Position numbers and translations under genes: made by a program
The notes under the pieces: generated by a model
What the model was told of the DNA's origin: nothing
Databases searched by the model: none
Seen by the model: only the letters and a program-made list of their open reading frames with translations
Assembly: GCA_963740745.1 (NCBI GenBank)
Contig: CAVUFK010000009.1
Span: 184,263-248,262, forward strand
Reading direction: 5' to 3'
DNA: 64,000 nt
From: an uncultured Actinomycetota bacterium
GTDB lineage: Bacteria > Actinomycetota > Actinomycetes > Propionibacteriales > Nocardioidaceae
In this document: in pieces, positions 1 to 15,425 of the stretch
How positions within the stretch are numbered: the stretch's first letter is position 1
Layout: every line of letters begins with the position of its first letter

Positions 1-616
<616 letters not shown>

Positions 617-757
617 GGACGGCGCGGGGCGCGCCGACGGCGTCCCGCCCTCGCTGCGGGACCCGGCAGGGTCCTCGGTCACGGCCCCGGCAAGGCACAC
701 CTCGGTGGTGAGCCCCGCCTCCTTCCGCTCCGGCCCCAGCAGGTGCATGATCAGCGC

Positions 758-773
758 GGTGACAGCCGTCACT
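758..773. promoter_or_regulatory. CRP/GlxR-like palindromic site upstream of the lactate permease
   Basis: GGTGA-CAGCCG-TCACT matches the GTGA-N6-TCAC core, ~30 nt before the ATG at 802. Confidence 0.45.
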
Positions 774-801
774 CGGGACGATCTCCAGGAGGAGTCACAC
801 C

Positions 802-2507
802 ATGTTCGAGCAGACCTTCGACCCGGTCGGCGGGTCCCTGGCCCTGTCGACCATCTTCGCGGTCCTGCCGCTGCTGACCGTCTTCGTGCTGCTCGGCGCA
901 CTCAAGGTCAAGGCGCAGTGGGCCTCCCTGGCCGCGCTCGCGGTGGCGCTGATCGTCGCGATCGTGGTCTACGGCATGCCGTGGGCATCGCGATCAGCAC
1001 GGCCCTCGAGGGCGCGACCTTCGGGATCTTCCCGATCATGTGGATCGTGATCACGGCCATCTGGATCTACACGATGACCGTCGAGACCGGGCACTTCGAC
1101 GTGCTGCGACGCAGCTTCGGGGCGGTCTCCGACGACCAGCGCATCCAGGCCATCATCATCGCCTTCTGCTTCGGCGCCCTGATGGAGGCCCTCGCCGGCT
1201 TCGGGACGCCCGTCGCGATCAGCTCGGTGATGCTGATCGCGCTCGGCTTCGAGCCGATCAAGGCCGCGACCGTCTCGCTGGTCGCCAACACCGCGCCCGT
1301 CGCCTTCGGCGCGATCGCGGTGCCGATCACCACGCTGGCCTCGATCACCAACATCCCGGTGGACACGCTCGGCTCGATGGTGGGCCGTCAGACCCCGATC
1401 CTGGCGATCTTCGTGCCCCTCGTGCTGGTCTTCCTCGTCGACGGCAAGCGGGCGCTGCGCCAGGTCTGGCTGCCGGCGATGGTCTGCGGGATCGTGTTCG
1501 CCGTCGGCCAGTTCCTGGCCTCGAACTACTTCTCGGTGCAGCTCACCGACATCGTCGCGGCCCTGCTCGCCGCCGCCTCGGTCGTCGGGCTGCTGCGGGT
1601 GTGGCAGCCCGTCGAGGTGATGACCGGCCAGCGTCTCGACGAGAGCGAGACCCAGCGCCGCGTGGCCGAGGCCGGCGGAGGCAAGCGCCGGGCGGGGGGC
1701 ACGGCGACGGCGACCGGCACCGGCGCGGGCTCGCGCGAGGGCACCGACGGCACCGGGAGCGACTCGGGCCGCGAGATCTTCCTGGCCTACCTGCCCTACC
1801 TGACCATCATCGTGGTCTTCTCGATCGCGCAGATCCCGGCCGTCAAGGACCTCCTGGCCAAGGGCTCGGTGAGCTTCGGGTGGCCGCTGCTGGACAAGAT
1901 CGTCACGCCGAGCGGCGAGCCGCCGGCCTCGGCGACGTTCGCCTTCGGCTACCTCGGCGCCGCCGGGACCCTGCTGCTGTTCTCCGGCCTGATCACGATG
2001 GCCTTCCTCTCGGTCTCGCCCGCGGCCGCCGTGCGCGCGTTCGGCGCCACGCTCGACCAGCTCAAGTGGGCCATCCTCACCGTCGCGGCCGTGCTCGGCC
2101 TGGCCTACGTGATGAACTTCTCCGGCCAGACCGTCACCATCGGCATGTGGATCGCCGGCTCCGGGGCGTTCTTCGCCTTCCTCTCACCCGTCCTCGGATG
2201 GCTCGGCGTGGCGGTGACGGGCTCGGACACCTCCTCCAACGCGCTCTTCGGGACCCTTCAGGTCACCGCGGCCAAGGAGGCCGGACTCAGCGAGGTCCTC
2301 CTCGCGGCGGCGAACTCCTCCGGCGGCGTGCTCGGCAAGATGATCTCGCCGCAGAACCTCGCCATCGCCGCCGCCGCGACCGGCATGGCCGGCCGCGAGG
2401 GCGAGCTGTTCCGCAAGGTCGTGGGCTGGAGCATCGGGTTCCTGCTGATCATGTGCGTGCTGGTCTACCTGCAGTCGACCCCCGTCCTCGGCTGGATGGT
2501 GCCCTGA
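802..2507 (+). CDS. lctP: L-lactate permease (single-base frameshift near 980)
   Basis: AGGAG SD and ATG at 802 (MFEQTFDPVGGSL...). The frame switches at 'atgccgtgggc' into EALAGFGTPVA, ANTAPVAFGA, GSDTSSNALFG and GKMISPQ, all LctP motifs. Confidence 0.93.
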
Positions 2508-2599
2508 CGGGCGCGGCGAGCACGCCGGACGGGGCGGCGTACCCAACCTCACAGCGGCGCCGGGAACACCCTGGTGCCCCTCGCGTGCTGGGGTGAGGT

Positions 2600-3892
2600 G
2601 TGAGCACCTCTTCCCCGACCGGGCCGCCGGCGACCGCACCCCGCTCGGTGACCGCTGAGGAGTCGGGTTTCTCCGACCTGCGCCTGCGCCTCGCGCTGCT
2701 CGTGCTGACCTTCGGCGGGTTCACCATCGGCACGACCGAGTTCATGACGATGGGCCTGCTGCCCGAGGTCGCGGACGGCGTCGGTGTCTCGATCCCGACC
2801 GCCGGGCACCTGATCTCCGCCTATGCCCTCGGCGTCGTCGTCGGGGCGCCCCTGCTCGCGGTGCTCGGCGCCAAGATGCCCCGGCGGCGCCTGCTGGTCT
2901 GGCTGATGGGTGGGTACGCCGCGGCGAACCTGGTCTCCGCCGCGGTCTCGACCGTGCACCTGCTCGCCTTCGCCCGGTTCCTGGACGGACTGCCCCACGG
3001 GGCCTACTTCGGCGTGGCCTCCCTCGTCGCCGCCGACCTCGCCCGGCCGGGGCGCCAGGGCCGCGCCGTCGCCCAGGTGATGCTGGGCCTCTCCGTGGCC
3101 AACGTCGTCGGCGTCCCGGCTGCCACGTGGCTGGGGCAGAGCGCGGGCTGGCGCGCGGGGTTCCTCACCTCCGCGGTGCTGGCGCTGGTGACCGTGGTCG
3201 GCATCGCCGGCCTGCTGCCGCGGATGCCCGGCAACCCCGAGGCCGTGTGGCGCCGCGAGCTGTCCGCCCTGGCCAAGCCCCAGGTGCTGCTGACCCTCGC
3301 CGCCGGCGCGGTCGGCTTCGGCGGGATGTTCGCGATCTACACCTACATCAGCCCGATCGTGACCCAGGTCGCCGGCCTCGGCCGTGGCACCGTGCCGGTC
3401 GTGCTGCTCGTGCTCGGCCTGGGCATGGTGGCCGGCACCTACCTCGCCGGCGCGATGGCGGACTGGTCGGTGCGCGCCTCCCTGGTCATCGGCTCGATCG
3501 GGATGACGCTCTCGCTGCTGCTGTTCTGGGCGGTCTCGCCCTACGGCTGGGCGCTGCCCGTCGCGGCGTTCCTGGTGACCGTCCTCGGCTCGGTGCTGGT
3601 GGTCAACCTCCAGCTCCGGCTGATGGACGTGTCCGGTGACGCCCGCACCCTGGGCGCGGCGATGAACCACGCCTCGCTGAACCTGGCCAACGCTCTCGGG
3701 GCATGGCTCGGGGGCGTCGTGATCACCGCAGGCCTCGGCCTGCGGGCGCCCGCGCTGGCCGGCGCCGCGCTGTCGGTCGTCGGGCTCGGCGTGCTGCTCG
3801 TCGCCCTGCGTCAGAGCCGCGGTGAGGTCCCCGGGGGCGCGGACTCCGCGCCGTCGGCGTTCGCGACCTCCGCGTCGCACACGAGGTCGTAG
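2600..3892 (+). CDS. MFS transporter (DHA1/AraJ-like efflux)
   Basis: GFTIGTTEFMTMGLLP, GHLISAYALGVVVGAP, LPHGAYFG; about 12 TM segments. Confidence 0.93.
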   Translation: MSTSSPTGPPATAPRSVTAEESGFSDLRLRLALLVLTFGGFTIGTTEFMTMGLLPEVADGVGVSIPTAGHLISAYALGVVVGAPLLAVLGAKMPRRRLLVWLMGGYAAANLVSAAVSTVHLLAFARFLDGLPHGAYFGVASLVAADLARPGRQGRAVAQVMLGLSVANVVGVPAATWLGQSAGWRAGFLTSAVLALVTVVGIAGLLPRMPGNPEAVWRRELSALAKPQVLLTLAAGAVGFGGMFAIYTYISPIVTQVAGLGRGTVPVVLLVLGLGMVAGTYLAGAMADWSVRASLVIGSIGMTLSLLLFWAVSPYGWALPVAAFLVTVLGSVLVVNLQLRLMDVSGDARTLGAAMNHASLNLANALGAWLGGVVITAGLGLRAPALAGAALSVVGLGVLLVALRQSRGEVPGGADSAPSAFATSASHTRS

Positions 3893-4045
3893 CACTCGTG
3901 GAGCACGTCGGACGGTGCGCACGACGACCAGCAGCAACGCCGGGGAGCAGCGCCGGGGCCGCGACTCGGGGGCGGGCACGACCGGGAGGGCACATCACCC
4001 GCAGCGAGGTTTGTGATCGTTCGCGCGGCGAGGGAGGGTGAGGTC

Positions 4046-4519
4046 ATGACCGACAACCAGATCTCCGCCCAGCGCACCATCGACGCGCCCTCCAAGGACC
4101 TCTTCGAGGTCCTGAGCAACCCCCACCGTCACACCGAGCTCGACGGCTCCGGCTTCGTGCGCAGCCTCGAGAAGGGCGACCGCATCGAGAAGGCCGGCCA
4201 GCAGTTCCGGATGAACATGGCCGGCGACCACATGGGTGGTGAGTACCAGACCGACAACGTGATCACCGGGTTCGACAAGAACCACATGATCGCCTGGCAG
4301 ACCGCTCCCGCCGGTCAGGAGCCTCCGGGCTGGGAGTGGGTCTGGGAGCTGACGTCCACCGGCTCGGACAGCACCGACGTGACCGTGACCTACGACTGGT
4401 CCAAGGTCACCGACAAGGACCTGCTGGAGAAGCTCTCCTTCCCGCTCGTGCCGCAGTCGGCCCTCGAGGACTCGCTCGGCAACCTCGCCGCCGCCGTCGG
4501 CCCGGAGTCGGGTCACTGA
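4046..4519 (+). CDS. SRPBCC/polyketide cyclase-like protein
   Basis: RTIDAP..LFEVLSNPHRHTELDGSG...W.W.L...T.VT.TYDWS pattern; SD GGAGG/GAGG. Confidence 0.85.
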   Translation: MTDNQISAQRTIDAPSKDLFEVLSNPHRHTELDGSGFVRSLEKGDRIEKAGQQFRMNMAGDHMGGEYQTDNVITGFDKNHMIAWQTAPAGQEPPGWEWVWELTSTGSDSTDVTVTYDWSKVTDKDLLEKLSFPLVPQSALEDSLGNLAAAVGPESGH

Positions 4520-4570
4520 GCCACCCGCTCCAGCTCCACCGCTGAGAGCGACGTACGGCGGGCGCGGGCC

Positions 4571-6838
<2,268 letters not shown>

Positions 6839-6879
6839 CCTCTCAGGACCGGCAGGTCGGGGCGATAGGGTCGCGGGTG

Positions 6880-7416
6880 ATGCAGACCATCGGCGTGGCC
6901 GTCGCGATCCCGGAGCCCTGGGCCACCGAGCTCCAGGAGTACCGCCGCGCGCTCGGCGACGACACGGCCACCAAGATCCCGACGCACATCACGCTGCTGC
7001 CCCCGACGACGCTGGACGAGGCGCGCATCGAGGAGCTCGACGAGCACCTCGCCGGTGCCGCCGGCGCGGTCGACCGCTTCGAGGTCCACCTGCGCGGCAC
7101 CGGGACCTTCCGGCCGACCTCGCCGGTCGTGTTCGTCTCGCTGGTCGAGGGCATCTCCCAGTGCGAGCAGCTGGCCGACGCCGTACGCCGCGGTCCGCTG
7201 GAGACCGAGCTCACCTTTCCCTACCACCCGCACGTGACGGTGGCCCACCACCTCGACGACGCGATGCTCGACCGGGCCTTCGACGAGCTCACCGACTTCG
7301 AGTGCCGCTTCGACGTCGAGGGGTTCCATCTCTACGTCCACGACGACGAGCTCGGCTGGCAGCCCACCCAGGGCTTCGGGCTCGCCCGGCACGGCAAGCA
7401 GGCGATGGCGGGGTGA
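6880..7416 (+). CDS. 2H phosphoesterase / 2'-5' RNA ligase family protein
   Basis: Two HxT motifs (HITL, HVTV); usual position after trpS in actinobacteria. Confidence 0.9.
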   Translation: MQTIGVAVAIPEPWATELQEYRRALGDDTATKIPTHITLLPPTTLDEARIEELDEHLAGAAGAVDRFEVHLRGTGTFRPTSPVVFVSLVEGISQCEQLADAVRRGPLETELTFPYHPHVTVAHHLDDAMLDRAFDELTDFECRFDVEGFHLYVHDDELGWQPTQGFGLARHGKQAMAG

Positions 7417-7423
7417 GGGCGGG

Positions 7424-8486
7424 ATGAGCGCGAAGGACAAGGTGAGCGACGCCGCAGGGAGCGTGACCCGACGCCCTGTCGTGGCGCACACGCTGCGCAT
7501 GGTGGCGCACTACGGCAAGGTGCAGGCCAACCTGCACGCCGGCGCGATCACCTTCTTCGGCTTCCTCTCCATGTTCCCGCTCCTCGCCCTGCTGTTCTTC
7601 GCCGTCGGCGTCGTCTCGGTCGTCTACTCGGACGCCGACGCGCAGATCACGAGCACCGTGCAGGACTTCTTCCCCGGCCTGATCGGGCCCAAGAACGGCC
7701 AGATCTCGCTGGACTCCGTGCGCAGCATCGGCGGCTCGCCGGTCTCGGTGGCGATCGGCTTCGGCACGGTGCTGTTCACGGGTCTGGGGCTTCATCCTGG
7801 TCCTGCGCACGGCGCTGATGTTCGTCTTCGAGCGGCCGATCCCCACCGAGTCCTTCCCGGTCAAGAAGCTCAAGGATCTCGTCGCGCTCGTCACCGTGGG
7901 CGGCACCCTCCTGGTCAGCGTGGTGCTGGGCAGCGTGCTGACCCGATTCTCCGCCGCGCTCCTGGGTCTGGTCGGACTCGACGACAACCTCAGCTGGCTG
8001 CTGGCCGGCCTCGCCTTCGTGGTCGGGTTCGCGGTCAACGTGATGCTGTTCCTCGTCCTGTTCCGTCAGCTCGGCAGGACCGCCGCCCCCAACCGGGCCA
8101 TCCTCGGCGGTGCGCTCCTCGGCGCGGTCGGCTTCGAGGTGGTCAAGCAGGTCGCCCCGGTGCTGATCGCCTCCACGCAGGGCAAGCCGGCGTTCCAGGC
8201 CTTCGGCATCGCCCTGGTCCTGCTCGTGGTGATGAACTACTTCGCCCGCCTGGTCCTCTACGCGGCGTCGTGGGCGCACACCTCGCCGGGATCGCTCGCG
8301 ATGCGCCCCGACGAGACCGCCTACGTGCAAGGTCCGCAGCTGCCTGCGATGGCACAGTGGCGGGACGAGGGTGCGCCTGGGGAGGACGTCGAGCGGGCCG
8401 GCGTACTGACCCGGTGGGGCGCCCCCTTCGCCGCCGGCGGCGCCACGATGCTGGCCGTCGTCGCCTGGATGCGCCGCGAGCGCTGA
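7424..8486 (+). CDS. YihY/BrkB family membrane protein (frameshift near 7788)
   Basis: AGAITFFGFLSMFPLL N-terminus; an extra G in 'ctggggc' shifts into GALLGAVGFEVVK...FG...NYFARLVLYAASW. Confidence 0.88.
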
Positions 8487-8672
8487 CGCGGCAGCGGGGG
8501 CGGGCGCGTGCTGCGCCCCATCTGCCCCACCCGCCCCAGGAACACCCGGTCGGCCGGGTACTCCCGAGCCTGTCGCCGTGTGCAACAGCCGACAACATCA
8601 TCAACCAGCCGACAAGCTGCGCCCACGCGCGGCTCGCCGTCCCCAGCCCGGAACCCGCACCCCCGTACGCCG

Positions 8673-8704
8673 CCGGCCCGCCACGCAGGCGCGTGACGGG
8701 CCGG
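8673..8704. terminator. GC-rich hairpin between convergent yihY and sdhB
   Basis: ccggcccg-ccacgc-aggc-gcgtga-cgggccgg inverted repeat. Confidence 0.55.
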
Positions 8705-8741
8705 TCGGGACGTGCTGGGTGGGGGCGGAGCCCCGCGTGGA

Positions 8742-9481
8742 TCAGTGACCGTGCTTGATCGCGGTCCGCAGGTCCTTGTTCAGCTGCGAGATCACGTCGA
8801 GCGGGATCTCCTTGGGGCACGCGGCGGTGCACTCGCCGATGTTGGTGCAGCCACCGAAGCCCTCGGCGTCGTGCTGGGCGACCATGCTCACCACGCGGGA
8901 GTCCCGTTCGGGCTGACCCTGGGGGAGCCGGCCGAGGTGGGTGATCTTGGCGCCCATGAACAGCGAGGCGGAGCCGTTGGGGCACGCCGCGACGCAGGCG
9001 CCGCAACCGATGCAGGTCGCCACGTTGAACGCCTTGAGGGCGTCCTCGCGGGGGACCGGGGTGGCGTGGGCGTCCGGGGCCGCGCCGGTGTTCACCGAGA
9101 CGTAGCCGCCGGCCTGGATGATCCGGTCGAACGCCGAGCGGTCGACGACGAGGTCCTTGACGACCGGGAAGGCCGAGGCGCGCCACGGCTCGATGGTGAT
9201 CGTCTGGCCGTCGGAGAACGAGCGCATGTGCAGCTGGCAGGAGGTCGTGACCTCGGGGCCGTGGGCCTGACCGTTGATCATCAGGTTGCAGGAGCCGCAG
9301 ATGCCCTCGCGACAGTCGTGGTCGAAGGCGACCGGCTCCTCGCCCTTCTCGTTGAGGCGCTCGTTGAGCACGTCGAGCATCTCCAGGAAGCTCATGTCCT
9401 CGGAGATCTCGTCGACCTCGTAGGTGTGCAGGGCGCCGGTCGACGCGGCGTCCGGCTGGCGCCAGATCTTCAGGGTCAGGT

Positions 9482-9485
<4 letters not shown>
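8742..9485 (-). CDS. sdhB: Succinate dehydrogenase/fumarate reductase iron-sulfur subunit
   Basis: [40 protein letters not shown]; GTG start overlaps the sdhA stop. Confidence 0.96.
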
Positions 9486-11503
<2,018 letters not shown>

Positions 11504-11569
11504 GGGGTGGCTCCCTGTCTGGGTACGTCGGCGGCGCGTGGTCGCGGAATCGGTGGGACTTGCTGCTCG

Positions 11570-12277
11570 CTACTCGATCAGGCCGAGCAGGACGCCGAGG
11601 GGCACCAGCGAGTAGCCGCCGGCGACGACGACCGCCACGACCCACCCCGCGGTGCGGGCCCGCGTGCGGGACGCGGCGGTGCCGGTCCAGCCGAGGGTCT
11701 GCAGCGAGCTGAAGGTGCCGTGGTGCAGGTGCAGGGCGAGGGCGGCCATGGCGACGAGGTAGATCAACGACATCCACCACAGGCTGAAGGTGTCGACGAG
11801 CAGGCCGTAGGGGTTGTTCGTCTCCCCGCCGGTCGGGTTGATCTTGACGATGCTGAAGTTCAGCAGGTGCCAGACCACGAAGACCAGGATCGTCAGGCCT
11901 CCCCATCGCATGGTGCGCGAGGACAGCGAGGAGCTGGCCCGCTTGACCACCGAGTACTGCACCGGACGTGCTCGCGCCGCACGACGCCACAGGATCACCG
12001 CGGCGGCGACGTGGACGACCAGGGAGATGATCAGGCCCAGGCGCAGGATCCACAGCAGGCCGCTGTACGGCAGGATCGGCTCACCGATCGTGCGCAGGTG
12101 CTCGGCGTAGGTGTTGAACGACTCCTCGCCCGCGAACGCCTTGAGGTTGCCGTACATGTGCGCGAGCACGAAGGCGATGAAGACCGCCCCACTGATCGCC
12201 ATCGTCAGCTTCAGCGCGATGGTCGATCGCGTACCGCGAGCGCCCTTGACCAGCGAGGGTCCTGTCGTCGTTGCCAC
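11570..12277 (-). CDS. sdhC: Succinate dehydrogenase cytochrome b558 subunit (single-anchor type)
   Basis: KLTMAISG...HMYGNLK; 5 TM segments with His ligands (HVAAA, WHLL, LHLHHG..S.LQTLG). Confidence 0.93.
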   Translation of the reverse strand: MATTTGPSLVKGARGTRSTIALKLTMAISGAVFIAFVLAHMYGNLKAFAGEESFNTYAEHLRTIGEPILPYSGLLWILRLGLIISLVVHVAAAVILWRRAARARPVQYSVVKRASSSLSSRTMRWGGLTILVFVVWHLLNFSIVKINPTGGETNNPYGLLVDTFSLWWMSLIYLVAMAALALHLHHGTFSSLQTLGWTGTAASRTRARTAGWVVAVVVAGGYSLVPLGVLLGLIE

Positions 12278-12328
12278 AAGGGCACGATACTCGTCGGTTT
12301 CCACCCCCACGGTGAAGGGTGGCGCGTC

Positions 12329-13420
12329 TCACTCGGCGCGGGACAGGCCGCCCGCGACGGGGGCCGCGCTGCGGGCCAGGGGCGCGAGGTGACGCGTGAC
12401 GAGCTCGTCGACGGCCGTGGTCCAGGGGCGCTCGGCGGCCAGCTCGCGCGCTCGCGCCCCCAGCAGTCCACGGTGCGGATCGGCCGCGAGGGCGTCGACG
12501 GCGTGCGCCAGCCCGCGGCGCCCGCCTGCGTCGTAGAGCAGGCCCGTCTCCTGGTGGCGCACGACCTCGCGGGCCCCGCCGGTGCGCGGGGCGACCACGG
12601 GTACGCCGCTCGCACCGGCCTCGCGCAGCACGTGTGCGCACGTCTGGTGCTCGCCGGGGTGCACCAACAGGTCGAGCGAGGGCAGGGCGACGCCCAGGTC
12701 GCTGCTGCTCAGCGTCCCGAGCAGCTTGGCCTGCGGCAGCCGGGACTCCAGCCAGCCGCGCTCGGGGCCGTCGCCGACCAGCACCGGCCGGATGCCCGGC
12801 ACGTCGACGAGCTCGGCGAGGCGGCGTACGCCGTGGCGCTTGTGGAGGCCGCCGACGTAGCCGACGACGACCTGTCCGCCGTCGCGGGATCGGCGCCGCG
12901 ACCACGTCGCGTGCAGCCAGTCGTCGCGCAGGGCCGGGGTGAAGGCGCGGGTGTCGACGCCGGGGGCCCACACGGGGGCGTCGAGGCCGAGCTCGCCGAG
13001 CCGCTCGCGCATCCAGGCCGACGTGACCACGACGCGGTCGGCGCGGTGGGCGACCTTGCGGCGCCAGTAGTCCGCGGAGGTGTCCAGCAGCGGCGAGTGC
13101 TCGACGACCAGCGAGGGCAGCCCGGCCGCCCGCGCGTGCTTGAGCGCCTTGCGGCCCAGCCGGCCCGGCGAGGAGACCAGGACGACGTCGGCGGCGAAGG
13201 TGTCGAGGCCGACGCGGACCTGGGTGGCGGCCTTGTCCAGCGTGCTCACCCGGTGCACCCGCACCCCTCGGTACGTCGCGAGCCCGGGGCCGGGTGCGAG
13301 GACGAGCACCTCGTGGCCGGTGTCGACGAGCCGGTCGACGGTCGCCTTGAGCGTCGTGGTCGTCGCGTCGACGGCGGGGTAGAAGGTCTCGGTGACCAGG
13401 GCGATGCGCAGCGGCGGCAT
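12329..13420 (-). CDS. GT4 glycosyltransferase (MgtA/PimB'-like)
   Basis: RIALVTETFYP, PGVDT..F.P, VGYVG.L...., VGDGP, EAGASGVPVVAP..GG. Confidence 0.88.
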   Translation of the reverse strand: MPPLRIALVTETFYPAVDATTTTLKATVDRLVDTGHEVLVLAPGPGLATYRGVRVHRVSTLDKAATQVRVGLDTFAADVVLVSSPGRLGRKALKHARAAGLPSLVVEHSPLLDTSADYWRRKVAHRADRVVVTSAWMRERLGELGLDAPVWAPGVDTRAFTPALRDDWLHATWSRRRSRDGGQVVVGYVGGLHKRHGVRRLAELVDVPGIRPVLVGDGPERGWLESRLPQAKLLGTLSSSDLGVALPSLDLLVHPGEHQTCAHVLREAGASGVPVVAPRTGGAREVVRHQETGLLYDAGGRRGLAHAVDALAADPHRGLLGARARELAAERPWTTAVDELVTRHLAPLARSAAPVAGGLSRAE

Positions 13421-13645
13421 GGCGCCAGCCTCGCCCGACCGGTCGACCGGACCGGGCACGGCGGGTGTCCACGGGGGTGACGGGCGGTGAATGGTCGGGG
13501 CCCGGTCGGCGCGCGGTGACCCAGCAGCACCCGGCCGAGCAGGGCCGGCGGGAGGGGAGGTCGGGGGAGTCGAGGCCGTACGTGCGCTCGTCGCGAACCT
13601 CACACCCGGTGGCCGACGTCCACCGGTCGCTCTAGGGTCTCGGGC

Positions 13646-15425
13646 ATGACGTCGCAGGAGGTGGCCGGCTCCGCGGAGGGGGCGGTCGAGGGAGGGCTCG
13701 ACGACCCGGCCGAGCTCGAGCCGGAGCAGGGCACGTTGCGCGCTCGCCGATCCCGACGCCGACGCGCACGCCCGTGCCGACTGGGAGGCCGCCGCGGCGG
13801 CGGTGCTGCGCAAGGCCCGCCGGCTGAAGGACGACGACCCCGACGACCTCGTCTGGGAGCGACTGACCCGCGACACCCTCGACGAGGTCGCCGTACGCCC
13901 GCTCGGCACGCCGAACGACCTCGAGGGCCTCACCACCGCGGGCCGCCCCACGAGGGTCGGCCCGTGGGACGTGCGCGCCCACCTGCGCCTGGCCGGGCAG
14001 CCCGCGAAGCAGGCCAACGAGACCCTCCTCGTCGACCTCGAGGGCGGCGTGACGTCGCTGTGGCTCGAGGTCGGGGCCGACACCGACCTCGGCGTGCTGC
14101 TCGACGGCGTCCTCTGCGACCTCGCGCCGGTCGTCCTCGACGCCCCCGCCGCGCACGGTGTCGCCGTGGCCGAGGGTTTCCTGGCCCACCTCGACGGGCT
14201 CGTGCCGGCGCCCGGGACCAACCTCGGCGCCCGGTCCGACGCCCCCGACGAGGATCTCGTCACCATCGCCCGGCTCGCCGTCGACCACGGCCTGCTCGGG
14301 GTGGTCGTCGACGCCACGCGCGTCCACGACCGGGGCGCCTCCGACGCCCAGGAGCTGGGCTGGTCGCTGCGCGCCGGCGCGCACGTCCTGCGGGTCCTGA
14401 CCGCGGCCGGCCTCGACCTCGACGACGCCGCCGGCTTGGTCGAGTTCCGCTACGCCGTCACTGTCGAGCAGCTGCCCTCGATCGCCAAGCTGCGCGCCGC
14501 GCGCCGGCTCTGGGACCGGGTCCTCGAGGTCAGCGGGGCGGGGCCCGGCGTCCGGGGTGCCGGCCAGCGCCAGCACGCCGTGACCAGCCGCCCGATGATG
14601 AGCCGCTACGACCCCTACGTGAACATGCTGCGCACCACGGTCGCCGCCTTCGCGGCCGGCACCGGCGGGGCCGAGGCCGTGACGGTGCTGCCCTTCGACA
14701 GCCCCCTGGGTCGTCCCGAGGTGCTGGGTCGCCGGATCGCCCGCAACACCGGCGCCCTGCTGATCTCCGAGAGCCACCTCGCCCGGGTCACCGACCCCGC
14801 GGGCGGGTCCTACGCGATCGAGCGGCTCACCGACGACCTGGCGTGCGCGGGGTGGTCTGTGCTCCAGCAGCTCGACTCCGGGGCGGACCTCGACGAGCTG
14901 GTCGCCGCGGTCGTCCGCGAGCGTGACGCGCAGGTCGCGACGCGGGCGCGTCCGATCACCGGGCTCAGCGAGTTCCCGGCCGTCGACGAGCAGACCCCGA
15001 CCCGCGAGCCGGACGGCGCCTGGGACGACGTACGCCCCTGGGGGCACGCCTTCGAGGCGCTGCGCGACGACCCGCCCTCGGGCCGGGTCTTCCTGGCCAC
15101 GCTCGGTCCGGTCTCGGCCCACACGGCGCGGGCGACCTTCGCGACCAACCTGCTCGCGGCGGGCGGTGTCAGCGTCGACGTCGCCGGCGCGACCGAGGGG
15201 GTGGCGGACCTCCGTGCCGCCCACGACGGGCAGGCGGTCGTCTGCGTGGCCGGCGCGGACGCGGCCTACGACGAGTGGGGCGAGGCGGCCGCCGGCGCCC
15301 TGCGCGAGGCCGGGGCGACGTACGTCGTGGTGGCCGGCGGGGCGCGCGACTGGGCCGACGACTCCTGCGCGACGGGCGTGGACGCGCTCGCCTTCCTGAG
15401 CCGCACCAGAGAGGCGCTGTCATGA
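13646..15425 (+). CDS. mutA: Methylmalonyl-CoA mutase small subunit (frameshift near 13739)
   Basis: [65 protein letters not shown]. Confidence 0.92.

Noticed and set aside
13421-13645. Cobalamin riboswitch upstream of mutA
   Set aside because: No B12-box or conserved core seen, and a TAGGGT 7 nt before the ATG suggests a leaderless transcript.
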